64,000 nucleotides of DNA from the human T2T-CHM13v2.0 reference genome, Homo sapiens. The stretch lies in the NCBI RefSeq assembly GCF_009914755.1, contig NC_060925.1; one strand, 5' to 3'. The notes under the pieces were generated by a model, which was not told where the DNA came from, made no database searches, and worked only from the letters and a program-made list of their open reading frames with translations. The translations under genes were made by a program, and so were the position numbers. Positions within the stretch are counted from its first letter, which is position 1. Every line of letters begins with the position of its first letter. Below, one piece after another: positions 1-23,726 of the stretch.

Positions 1-12193
<12,193 letters not shown>

Positions 12194-14495
12194 CGTCTCC
12201 GCCGCGCTCCCGGACCCGCGAGGCCCGCCTGCGGTGATGCACTGCGCAGGCGCAACCACCTCGCTGCAACTTCCGGTGCGCTAGCCGGAAACGCGGGTCG
12301 GGGCGCCGGGCCTCCTGATTGGGCAGCATCCAACCAATCAGGGCGGCGGGCGAGGGCGGGGCGAGGGCGGGGAGGTGGGCGGGGACGGGGCCCGCACGGC
12401 GGCTACGGCCTAGGTGAGCGGCTCGGACTCGGCGGCCGCACCTGCCCAACCCAACCCGCACGGTCCGGAAGTCGCCGAGGGGCCGGGAGCGGGAGGGGAC
12501 GTCGTCCTAGAGGGCCGGAGCGGGCGGGCGGCCGAGGACCCGGCTCCCGCGCAGGACGGAGCCGTGGCTCAGGTCGGCCCCTCCCCAACACCACCCCGGG
12601 CCTCCGCCCCTTCCTGGGCCTCTCGGTGGAGCAGGGACCCGAACCGGTGCCCATCCAGTCCGGTGCCATCTGAAGCCCCCTTCCCAGGTGAGACTCGTAG
12701 CGCTCGCTCGACAGGGTCTGGTCCCACCCACAAGGCCTGGGGCGCCGTGGGGCCCCGTCTCCTGCTGGCCCCCCAGCCTGCTGTCAGCCCCCGTGCTCTG
12801 TGCTCAGGCCGCCCTCGCGCCCGGCCCTGACCTTGGGCCGTTGGGCTGCCCTGGGAAAGGCCTGGAGGTGTCCTGGGTCACCTTCCTGGGCTGGCAAGCT
12901 GCCTGCCTCCTGCACAGCCACTGCCCTTCCTGTTGTTCCCGAGCCACCAGCCACAGCTCTGAGAAGCTCCTGGCAGCTTCTGTTTGCCACTGGCTCGAAT
13001 CTGGGCAGGAAGGCAAGGCCCGCAGAATATCTGGTGACCAAGAAGGAAACCCCAGAGCCTCAGAGACCATCTTCTCAGTGGACAAAATTAAGGCCCGAGG
13101 AGGGGAGGGGCGTGCTGGAAGTCTATGGGACTGCATCTTTCTGAGGCCCAGGAGCAGCCATCCCCCACACCTGAAGCCCGGTGAGCTCACATCTGGGGCC
13201 TCCGCCTGGTGCCAAGCATGCAACCCAACCTGTGGGGCCTGCAACGCCAGGCTTCAGCACCCTGCAGGCACCAGTGCTCCAGCAGCCTGGGCCACGGGCT
13301 GGGCAGGGCTTGCAGCCCATGATCCCTAGTGATGAAGGGCCCAGTCCTAGGGTGCTGAGCAACCTGCCCACCTGCTCCTGGCCAGGAGCTCTCACCACGG
13401 CTGGGTGCCCTTCCCCCTCCCCCACCGATGGAGTCCCTGCAGCCAGGGAGGCCAGGACAGGGCTCCCAGCACCAACCGGCCTAGGAACCCCCAGGCCCTC
13501 TTCCTGGTCGAGGTGGAATGCAGCTGACTCTCAGGTTCCCCAGAGCAGGTGCGGGCCCGTGGGGCACCCGGGGAGACAGGGCAAGGGTGCTTGGCAACAC
13601 TCACACAAAGCATGGGTGCCTGGATGTCTGTGGATCTGTGGAGTGACTATGTGAATGCCAGCAGAATCCAAAGCAGGGCCTGGGCCACTCGTGGAAGGCT
13701 CCCTAGGGCTAGTACAAGAGCCTCGTGGCAATCTTCTGAGTGGTAAAACCCATCTGTGTGGGACATGGAGTTTCAGCAACAGGAGTGAAAACACGTGTCC
13801 ATCCATCCAGCAAGTGCCAGCCCTACAGCCTCTTTTCTGCTTTTGGGGATGTAGCAGTGAGGAAGATGGGGCAGCCTGCCCGGCAGCATCCCCCCACCCC
13901 CGGCCCCACCTGTCTCTGCTTTCTGCTGTGTCTGTTTTCTTGTCTAGGACTTCAGAACTTCCTGTCTTTGTTGTCATCTGACCCCACCCCAGATGGCTGC
14001 TCGCACTCCCCATGCACCCAGATAGATGCCTAGGATGGTGCTTGGCTCTCGGCAGGGGCTTAGTATTTCTCCAGCTGGTAAAAGCAGATACAGCATCTAG
14101 AGAGAGAAACAAAAACAAGAAAGCACCAGCAGAGACACCTGCTGCAGACAGCGGGGCCTAGTGGTCTGATAAAGCCAGAGGGGGCCACTCTCGGGGTCAG
14201 GGACTGACACGGAGTCAGTGGCCTGATCCACAGGAGGGGCTGTGCCAAGGTCCCTGAATGCGCAATCCTGATGAAGGGTGGGTCAGGGTGGTGTGCCTGA
14301 GAGCCTGCGGCTTGGCTGGGAGCAGAGCCAGGCAGCTCCTGGGAGGAAGCTCCATGAGGGGCATGAGTGTTCAGTGAGCGGCAATGGGATCGCAGCTATT
14401 TTGTTCCCCTCCACACACAGAAAATGAGCCACAGAGCAAGCTGACCCCAGCGACACAGCCCCCCAGCCCTACTGTATTTCCGTTCCTATCAAAAA

Positions 14496-15348
14496 ATGGA
14501 TGACTCGGAGACAGGTTTCAATCTGAAAGTCGTCCTGGTCAGTTTCAAGCAGTGTCTCGATGAGAAGGAAGAGGTCTTGCTGGACCCCTACATTGCCAGC
14601 TGGAAGGGCCTGGTCAGGTGCGTGTGCCAGGGCTGCCTCCTGAGGTGGGCGCTCCCCTGGCCCGAGTCCCATATGTGGCATCTGCCTCCCGACTGCCTGT
14701 CCCCACCAGCTTTGCTGCCCGTTTCCAGATGGGTGTGAGCCCCCGCAGGCTGGGCAGCGTCCCCTGCACCCCAGGCGGGCTGCCCCAGGCCTGGGTGAGG
14801 ACTCGAGCCCCGCTCCCTTCCACAGGTTTCTGAACAGCCTGGGCACCATCTTCTCATTCATCTCCAAGGACGTGGTCTCCAAGCTGCGGATCATGGAGCG
14901 CCTCAGGGGCGGCCCGCAGAGCGAGCACTACCGCAGCCTGCAGGCCATGGTGGCCCACGAGCTGAGCAACCGGCTGGTGGACCTGGAGCGCCGCTCCCAC
15001 CACCCGGAGTCTGGCTGCCGGACGGTGCTGCGCCTGCACCGCGCCCTGCACTGGCTGCAGCTGTTCCTGGAGGGCCTGCGTACCAGCCCCGAGGACGCAC
15101 GCACCTCCGCGCTCTGCGCCGACTCCTACAACGCCTCGCTGGCCGCCTACCACCCCTGGGTCGTGCGCCGTGCCGTCACCGTGGCCTTCTGCACGCTGCC
15201 CACACGCGAGGTCTTCCTGGAGGCCATGAACGTGGGGCCCCCGGAGCAGGCCGTGCAGATGCTAGGCGAGGCCCTCCCCTTCATCCAGCGTGTCTACAAC
15301 GTCTCCCAGAAGCTCTACGCCGAGCACTCCCTGCTGGACCTGCCCTAG
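14496..15348 (+). CDS. CPTP: Ceramide-1-phosphate transfer protein (GLTPD1), GLTP fold, 214 aa
   Basis: Coding exons 14496-14617 and 14826-15348 (645 nt, GT-AG): MDDSETGFNLKVVL...DVVSKL...RLHRAL...YHPWVVRRAV. Non-coding exon 1 ends 12687; exon 2 acceptor at 14420. Confidence 0.98.
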
Positions 15349-16439
15349 AGGCGGGAAGCCAGGGCCGCACCGGCTTTCCTGCTGCAGATCTGGGCTGCGG
15401 TGGCCAGGGCCGTGAGTCCCGTGGCAGAGCCTTCTGGGCGCTGCGGGAACAGGAGATCCTCTGTCGCCCCTGTGAGCTGAGCTGGTTAGGAACCACAGAC
15501 TGTGACAGAGAAGGTGGCGACCAGCCCAGAAGAGGCCCACCCTCTCGGTCCGGAACAAGACGCCTCAGCCACGGCTCCCCCTCGGCCTATTACACGCGTG
15601 CGCAGCCAGGCCTCGCCAGGGTGCGGTGCAGAGCAGAGCAGGCAGGGGTGGGGGCCGGGCCCGCAAGAGCCCGAAAGGTCGCCACCCCCTAGCCTGTGGG
15701 GTGCATCTGCGAACCAGGGTGAAGTCACAGGTCCCGGGGTGTGGAGGCTCCATCCTTTCTCCTTTCTGCCAGCCGATGTGTCCTCATCTCAGGCCCGTGC
15801 CTGGGACCCCGTGTCTGCCCAGGTGGGCAGCCTTGAGCCCAGGGGACTCAGTGCCCTCCATGCCCTGGCTGGCAGAAACCCTCAACAGCAGTCTGGGCAC
15901 TGTGGGGCTCTCCCCGCCTCTCCTGCCTTGTTTGCCCCTCAGCGTGCCAGGCAGACTGGGGGCAGGACAGCCGGAAGCTGAGACCAAGGCTCCTCACAGA
16001 AGGGCCCAGGAAGTCCCCGCCCTTGGGACAGCCTCCTCCGTAGCCCCTGCACGGCACCAGTTCCCCGAGGGACGCAGCAGGCCGCCTCCCGCAGCGGCCG
16101 TGGGTCTGCACAGCCCAGCCCAGCCCAAGGCCCCCAGGAGCTGGGACTCTGCTACACCCAGTGAAATGCTGTGTCCCTTCTCCCCCGTGCCCCTTGATGC
16201 CCCCTCCCCACAGTGCTCAGGAGACCCGTGGGGCACGGAACAGGAGGGTCTGGACCCTGTGGCCCAGCCAAAGGCTACCAGACAGCCACAACCAGCCCAG
16301 CCACCATCCAGTGCCTGGGGCCTGGCCACTGGCTCTTCACAGTGGACCCCAGCACCTCGGGGTGGCAGAGGGACGGCCCCCACGGCCCAGCAGACATGCG
16401 AGCTTCCAGAGTGCAATCTATGTGATGTCTTCCAACGTT

Positions 16440-16445
16440 AATAAA
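16440..16445 (+). terminator. CPTP polyadenylation signal AATAAA
   Basis: Canonical hexamer ~1.1 kb after the CPTP stop. Confidence 0.85.
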
Positions 16446-17059
16446 TCACACAGCCTCCCAGGAGGGAGACGCTGGGGTGCACTGGGTGCCTGATTTCCTG
16501 CAGGGGGACACAGGGGCACCCAGTGAGGGTGGGGAGGGCCCTCACCCCAGGGACACAGCTGAGGTGGGTGCACCTAACTCCAAGGGAGCTGAGGCCCCAC
16601 TGCCAGGCTCAGGGGGCTGTGTTAGCCCCAGGGCTCAACAAACACCCTGAGAAAAGGCCAGCCTTGGGGGCAGGGCTGCTGTGTGCCCATTCTCCCAGAG
16701 AGGTCCCATCACTATGCCTGTTGTACAGGTGAGACAAGAGAGACACAGAGTCACCCAGAACCAAGAGGCTGGGTTGGGAGGACGGTTGGGAGGGCAGACA
16801 TCCGCCTCTCCATGCAAAAGAGGAGAGGCCTGCGTGGGATGTGTGCGTGGAGGTGGGGGCCACTCCCAGCCACAACAGTGGCCTGGACAGAAAGGGGATG
16901 CAATTCAGCAGAGTCTTCCTGGATGTCACCCCCACCTCAGGGTCTGTGGGAGCTGCATATGGTGCCGGCAAAGGCTGCCGACTGCAGTATGGGCCGGGAG
17001 AACTGCCTGGGTCTGCGTGGGCCCCAGGGCAGGGCTCCCTCCGGGTGTTGCCTTCTGTA

Positions 17060-17885
17060 CAAGTGCCATGCTTGTGCCGTTTGCGTGTCCCAAGTGCGAG
17101 TGTGCTATTTGCGTGTGCCGCACGTGTGCCGTTTGCATGTGCTGTTTGCATGTACCATGTGCATGTGTGCCATCTGTGCAATGTGCAGGTGCCAGTTGCA
17201 TGTGCCATGCGTGTTGGCCGTGAGCGTGTGCTGTTTTCGTGTATGTGCCATGCACGTATGTGCTGCGTGTTGGCCGTGCACGTGTGCCACGTGCATGTGT
17301 GCCATTTGTGTATGCCGTGTGTGCTGTGAGCGTATGCTGTGCGCATGTGCGTGCCATGCGCTTTGCGTGTACCATGTGTGTGCTGTTTGCATGTGCCATT
17401 TGTGTCATGCACGTGCCATTTGCGTGCGATGCGCGTGTGCCACACGTCGTTTGCTTGCGTGCCATGCATGTGTGGCATTTGTGTATGTGCCGTTTCCGTG
17501 TGTATTGTGTGTGCCGTGTGTGTGCCATTTGCATGTGCCGTTTTGTGTGTGCCATGCGCGTGTGCCATGCACTTGCCGTGCGTGTGCCATTTGTGTGTAC
17601 CATGCGCATGTGCCATTCGTGTGCACCGTACACGTGTGCCATTTGCATGTATGCTGTGCACGTGCGGCATGCATGTGTGCCGTTTGCATGCCATGCATGT
17701 GTTCCTTGCATGTGCCGTGCGTGTCCCATGCACGTGTGCCGTGCATGTGCCATTCGCGTGTACCATGCGCATGTGCCGTTTGTGTGTGTGCCGCATTCCT
17801 GTGCTCGTGTGCCAGGTTCGCATGTGCGCCATATTCACGTGTGCTCAGCATGTGCCATATGCATGTGCGGTGGTAGTGTGTGTCC
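17060..17885. repeat. TG/TGCA-rich degenerate tandem repeat between CPTP and TAS1R3
   Basis: Recurrent GTGCCATTTGCATGT / GTGCCGTTTG / CACGTG units; stop-poor in several frames (Cys/Val and His/Thr pseudo-ORFs). Confidence 0.92.
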
Positions 17886-18930
17886 CTCACAGGTCCTCCT
17901 CACAACACCATGGGGAAGAAGCACCAGCCAGGGCACACCTCCTGGTATCTGCTAGGTCTGCCAGGCCCTAGCTGAAGCTGAGTGCCCCCCAGTTCCCCTG
18001 GGAGGGCCTGCGCCTGGAGTCTGCTGTGTCCCCGAGGGCACCCCCAAAGCAACACAGAGGCAGAGGAGTCCCGGCCCTGCACACCTGGTGCTGCTCCAGC
18101 TGCCGCTCATTTGCCTGTGGCCCTTCCTCCCTTGTTTGCGTGCCCCCCTGGCAAACAAACTCTACCCCCAGCAGGAGCCACCTGTGTGCCTGCCACGCAG
18201 GAGTGGCCCAGACGGGGGTCAGCAGTGTGAGTACAGCTGGCCATGCGGTTCCTACAGCTTCCAGGCGTCAGACTCTGGCAGAAGGGCTGAGACCCTCAAG
18301 GAACTCTGCTCCCAAGCAGACTGGGAGGGCAGCACCACCACCCCAGGGCCCTCCCCAGCTGCAGGGTGGAGGCCTGGCTGGCCGGCTGCCCACTGGCCTG
18401 ACTGGTCTGCAGGCCTAGGGGGCCCATCCCTGCTGCCCCCGGCTCCGGCCAGCACAGCCTTGAGTGGGAGCCAGAAGCTCCCGGGGCTGGGTAGGAGGCA
18501 TTTCTGTGCTTATGAAAAGCCCCAGGGCTGGGTGTCTCTGCATCCCTCCCACGCAGCTGAGACCTCAGAGCCCTGGAGGCCCCTTTGCCCCCTCTCCTCT
18601 CCACAGCCTGCTGGGCAACTCCAGGAATCGGGGGGTGGCAAGGGGCTCAGCCACAGGCAGGGAACAAGGCCACGGCCAGCGACTGAGCAGAGCCTGCCTG
18701 CCGGTCAACGCTGGCCATAGAGCCTGGCAGTGGCCTCAGGCAGAGTCTGACGCGCACAAACTTTCAGGCCCAGGAAGCGAGGACACCACTGGGGCCCCAG
18801 GGTGTGGCAAGTGAGGATGGCAAGGGTTTTGCTAAACAAATCCTCTGCCCGCTCCCCGCCCCGGGCTCACTCCATGTGAGGCCCCAGTCGGGGCAGCCAC
18901 CTGCCGTGCCTGTTGGAAGTTGCCTCTGCC

Positions 18931-21900
18931 ATGCTGGGCCCTACAGTCCTGGGCCTCAGCCTCTGGGCTCTCCTGCACCCTGGGACGGGGGCCCCATTGT
19001 GCCTGTCACAGCAACTTAGGATGAAGGGGGACTACGTGCTGGGGGGGCTGTTCCCCCTGGGCGAGGCCGAGGAGGCTGGCCTCCGCAGCCGGACACGGCC
19101 CAGCAGCCCTGTGTGCACCAGGTACAGAGGTGGGACGGCCTGGGTCGGGGTCAGGGTGACCAGGTCTGGGGTGCTCCTGAGCTGGGGCCGAGGTGGCCAT
19201 CTGCGGTTCTGTGTGGCCCCAGGTTCTCCTCAAACGGCCTGCTCTGGGCACTGGCCATGAAAATGGCCGTGGAGGAGATCAACAACAAGTCGGATCTGCT
19301 GCCCGGGCTGCGCCTGGGCTACGACCTCTTTGATACGTGCTCGGAGCCTGTGGTGGCCATGAAGCCCAGCCTCATGTTCCTGGCCAAGGCAGGCAGCCGC
19401 GACATCGCCGCCTACTGCAACTACACGCAGTACCAGCCCCGTGTGCTGGCTGTCATCGGGCCCCACTCGTCAGAGCTCGCCATGGTCACCGGCAAGTTCT
19501 TCAGCTTCTTCCTCATGCCCCAGGTGGGCGCCCCCCACCATCACCCACCCCCACCCAGCCCTGCCCGTGGGAGCCCCTGTGTCAGGAGATGCCTCTTGGC
19601 CCTTGCAGGTCAGCTACGGTGCTAGCATGGAGCTGCTGAGCGCCCGGGAGACCTTCCCCTCCTTCTTCCGCACCGTGCCCAGCGACCGTGTGCAGCTGAC
19701 GGCCGCCGCGGAGCTGCTGCAGGAGTTCGGCTGGAACTGGGTGGCCGCCCTGGGCAGCGACGACGAGTACGGCCGGCAGGGCCTGAGCATCTTCTCGGCC
19801 CTGGCCGCGGCACGCGGCATCTGCATCGCGCACGAGGGCCTGGTGCCGCTGCCCCGTGCCGATGACTCGCGGCTGGGGAAGGTGCAGGACGTCCTGCACC
19901 AGGTGAACCAGAGCAGCGTGCAGGTGGTGCTGCTGTTCGCCTCCGTGCACGCCGCCCACGCCCTCTTCAACTACAGCATCAGCAGCAGGCTCTCGCCCAA
20001 GGTGTGGGTGGCCAGCGAGGCCTGGCTGACCTCTGACCTGGTCATGGGGCTGCCCGGCATGGCCCAGATGGGCACGGTGCTTGGCTTCCTCCAGAGGGGT
20101 GCCCAGCTGCACGAGTTCCCCCAGTACGTGAAGACGCACCTGGCCCTGGCCACCGACCCGGCCTTCTGCTCTGCCCTGGGCGAGAGGGAGCAGGGTCTGG
20201 AGGAGGACGTGGTGGGCCAGCGCTGCCCGCAGTGTGACTGCATCACGCTGCAGAACGTGAGCGCAGGGCTAAATCACCACCAGACGTTCTCTGTCTACGC
20301 AGCTGTGTATAGCGTGGCCCAGGCCCTGCACAACACTCTTCAGTGCAACGCCTCAGGCTGCCCCGCGCAGGACCCCGTGAAGCCCTGGCAGGTGAGCCCG
20401 GGAGATGGGGGTGTGCTGTCCTCTGCATGTGCCCAGGCCACCAGGCACGGCCACCACGCCTGAGCTGGAGGTGGCTGGCGGCTCAGCCCCGTCCCCCGCC
20501 CGCAGCTCCTGGAGAACATGTACAACCTGACCTTCCACGTGGGCGGGCTGCCGCTGCGGTTCGACAGCAGCGGAAACGTGGACATGGAGTACGACCTGAA
20601 GCTGTGGGTGTGGCAGGGCTCAGTGCCCAGGCTCCACGACGTGGGCAGGTTCAACGGCAGCCTCAGGACAGAGCGCCTGAAGATCCGCTGGCACACGTCT
20701 GACAACCAGGTGAGGTGAGGGTGGGTGTGCCAGGCGTGCCCGTGGTAGCCCCCGCGGCAGGGCGCAGCCTGGGGGTGGGGGCCGTTCCAGTCTCCCGTGG
20801 GCATGCCCAGCCGAGCAGAGCCAGACCCCAGGCCTGTGCGCAGAAGCCCGTGTCCCGGTGCTCGCGGCAGTGCCAGGAGGGCCAGGTGCGCCGGGTCAAG
20901 GGGTTCCACTCCTGCTGCTACGACTGTGTGGACTGCGAGGCGGGCAGCTACCGGCAAAACCCAGGTGAGCCGCCTTCCCGGCAGGCGGGGGTGGGAACGC
21001 AGCAGGGGAGGGTCCTGCCAAGTCCTGACTCTGAGACCAGAGCCCACAGGGGACAAGACGAACACCCAGCGCCCTTCTCCTCTCTCACAGACGACATCGC
21101 CTGCACCTTTTGTGGCCAGGATGAGTGGTCCCCGGAGCGAAGCACACGCTGCTTCCGCCGCAGGTCTCGGTTCCTGGCATGGGGCGAGCCGGCTGTGCTG
21201 CTGCTGCTCCTGCTGCTGAGCCTGGCGCTGGGCCTTGTGCTGGCTGCTTTGGGGCTGTTCGTTCACCATCGGGACAGCCCACTGGTTCAGGCCTCGGGGG
21301 GGCCCCTGGCCTGCTTTGGCCTGGTGTGCCTGGGCCTGGTCTGCCTCAGCGTCCTCCTGTTCCCTGGCCAGCCCAGCCCTGCCCGATGCCTGGCCCAGCA
21401 GCCCTTGTCCCACCTCCCGCTCACGGGCTGCCTGAGCACACTCTTCCTGCAGGCGGCCGAGATCTTCGTGGAGTCAGAACTGCCTCTGAGCTGGGCAGAC
21501 CGGCTGAGTGGCTGCCTGCGGGGGCCCTGGGCCTGGCTGGTGGTGCTGCTGGCCATGCTGGTGGAGGTCGCACTGTGCACCTGGTACCTGGTGGCCTTCC
21601 CGCCGGAGGTGGTGACGGACTGGCACATGCTGCCCACGGAGGCGCTGGTGCACTGCCGCACACGCTCCTGGGTCAGCTTCGGCCTAGCGCACGCCACCAA
21701 TGCCACGCTGGCCTTTCTCTGCTTCCTGGGCACTTTCCTGGTGCGGAGCCAGCCGGGCCGCTACAACCGTGCCCGTGGCCTCACCTTTGCCATGCTGGCC
21801 TACTTCATCACCTGGGTCTCCTTTGTGCCCCTCCTGGCCAATGTGCAGGTGGTCCTCAGGCCCGCCGTGCAGATGGGCGCCCTCCTGCTCTGTGTCCTGG

Positions 21901-22049
21901 GCATCCTGGCTGCCTTCCACCTGCCCAGGTGTTACCTGCTCATGCGGCAGCCAGGGCTCAACACCCCCGAGTTCTTCCTGGGAGGGGGCCCTGGGGATGC
22001 CCAAGGCCAGAATGACGGGAACACAGGAAATCAGGGGAAACATGAGTGA
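18931..22049 (+). CDS. TAS1R3: Taste receptor type 1 member 3, class C GPCR (sweet/umami common subunit), 852 aa
   Basis: Exons 18931-19121, 19223-19523, 19609-20391, 20506-20709, 20844-20964, 21091-22049 (2559 nt). Signal peptide, Venus-flytrap domain ([24 protein letters not shown]), cysteine-rich domain (CCYDCVDC), 7TM, ends NQGKHE. Confidence 0.99.
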
Positions 22050-22871
22050 CCCAACCCTGTGATCTCAGCCCCGGTGAACCCAGACTTAGCTGCGATCCCC
22101 CCCAAGCCAGCAATGACCCGTGTCTCGCTACAGAGACCCTCCCGCTCTAGGTTCTGACCCCAGGTTGTCTCCTGACCCTGACCCCACAGTGAGCCCTAGG
22201 CCTGGAGCACGTGGACACCCCTGTGACCATCTGGGCCCCAGAGCCAAGCTGTGTCCCTGTCCCTCTGTGCCCAGACCAGGCCTGCCCAGGTAACCCAGAC
22301 CCACTGTTCTGGAAAGAGGCCCGGAGGGCTCCCAGGGTACCCGCAACCCACACCGTGAGCTCAGGAAAAGGACGCAGGGAGGCCCCGGCCAGATGGCTGG
22401 AAGCCCAAATCAGGCCCTGCCGACCTGACCATGTCCCACCAGGGCCCCCATCCTGCACCCTGCCAGGCACCACAGCAGTGGGAGGCCAGGTGGGGGCACA
22501 CAGGCATATGCCCAGGGCAGAGCCCGCCGAGGTGGGGGTGGCACCCAGCTTCCTACTCTGCCCCTTGCCCAGTGGGTAGACAGCATCATGACTGTCACCA
22601 GTACCAGGGACAGAGCCCAGGTGGGGTGGGGGCGGGGTCCAGCACCACGGCCAGCACCGACCACCAGGACCCCGGAGCCAGCACCATGGACAGAAAACTG
22701 CCCACCAGGATCTGACGCCAGCACGCCGCCAGGCCCACACAGGGTCTCCGGTCAGAGTCCCAGGGTCAGCTCCCAGCAGGGCCTAGGGGAGGCTGGACCA
22801 GCTCCCTGTGCCTCATTCCAAGGCAGCCCAGCCGGAGAGAAGGGGCACAGGCCACACATCTGTCCCATAAA

Positions 22872-22888
22872 ATTAAACGCTTTTTAGT
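22872..22888. terminator. Convergent polyA signals: ATTAAA (+, 22872-22877, TAS1R3) and ACTAAA (-, 22888-22883, DVL1)
   Basis: The only AT-rich pocket between the two convergent genes; variant hexamers on opposite strands. Confidence 0.65.
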
Positions 22889-23726
22889 GTTTAAAATAAG
22901 CAGCATTTACACAGAAGCAGCTCTATGTTAACCATCTAAACGCTGGGACTTTGATACAGTATCTACAGCACAGACACGTGGGGGCCAGAGAAGCCAGGAA
23001 GGCCGCGATGTGTGCGCGCAGTGTGTGCACTCACCAAGGACGGGCCACCTGACTGCCCATCTCCCCAAGACCTCCCTCCCTGTGGCAGCTGTGCACATCG
23101 GGGCCCCTTGACCCTGCGGGCCATGGTCCCTCCCTGCCCTGGCTGGGACACGGTGGGCAGGATGTCCAGCCCTCTCTCGTCTTCCGGTCCCGTCCTCCAC
23201 GTACTTTCAGACTGTTGCCGGATGGGAGGAGAGAAGGTGCAGGCTGCTCCAAGGGGCAGCAGCAGGTGGGACAGATGACAGGGTCGCCTCCTCCCCCGAG
23301 TCACCGGCCAGGCAATAAATAAATAAATTAGATCCCTACTCCAGACAGGGGGCCTGTGCACCGCAGGGGGTTGCCCCGCGTGGACCACCCTGGGGGCCTG
23401 GGCACAGCTGTGCAGGAGGTGGGGGTCAGCCGAGAGCCCGAGGGGGTCTTCCTCATCCCAGGAGGGATCCCCACCAGACACAAGGGGTTGGGAGGTCCGA
23501 GGCTCTCGCTGAGGGGCAGAGAGGGAGCGCCCCCAACACGGCTGCTCAGACACAGGTGCTGTCAGGAGCTGGAGCAGCCAGGCTGCCAGGGCAGATGGTG
23601 GTGGTCCAGCCTGCCCCCCACCCTGCCTCCCGTCCTGGCCCCCACGAAGGCAAGCCCACGCGAGCTCTGCATGCGGCAGGACCGCCAGCTCCCCACCTCA
23701 GGCAGGGCTGGGGCATGCGCCACGAG

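Noticed and set aside
16609-17971. Several long Cys/Val- or His/Thr-rich ORFs resembling metallothionein or keratin-associated proteins
   Set aside because: Open in most frames on both strands because TG/CA repeats lack stops; the same applies to 28142-29548, 47239-47985 and 53344-54192.
21125-22015. 296-aa alternate-frame ORF within TAS1R3 exon 6
   Set aside because: GTG start, Gly/Pro/Ala-rich, expected from the GC3 codon bias of the real CDS; no independent support.
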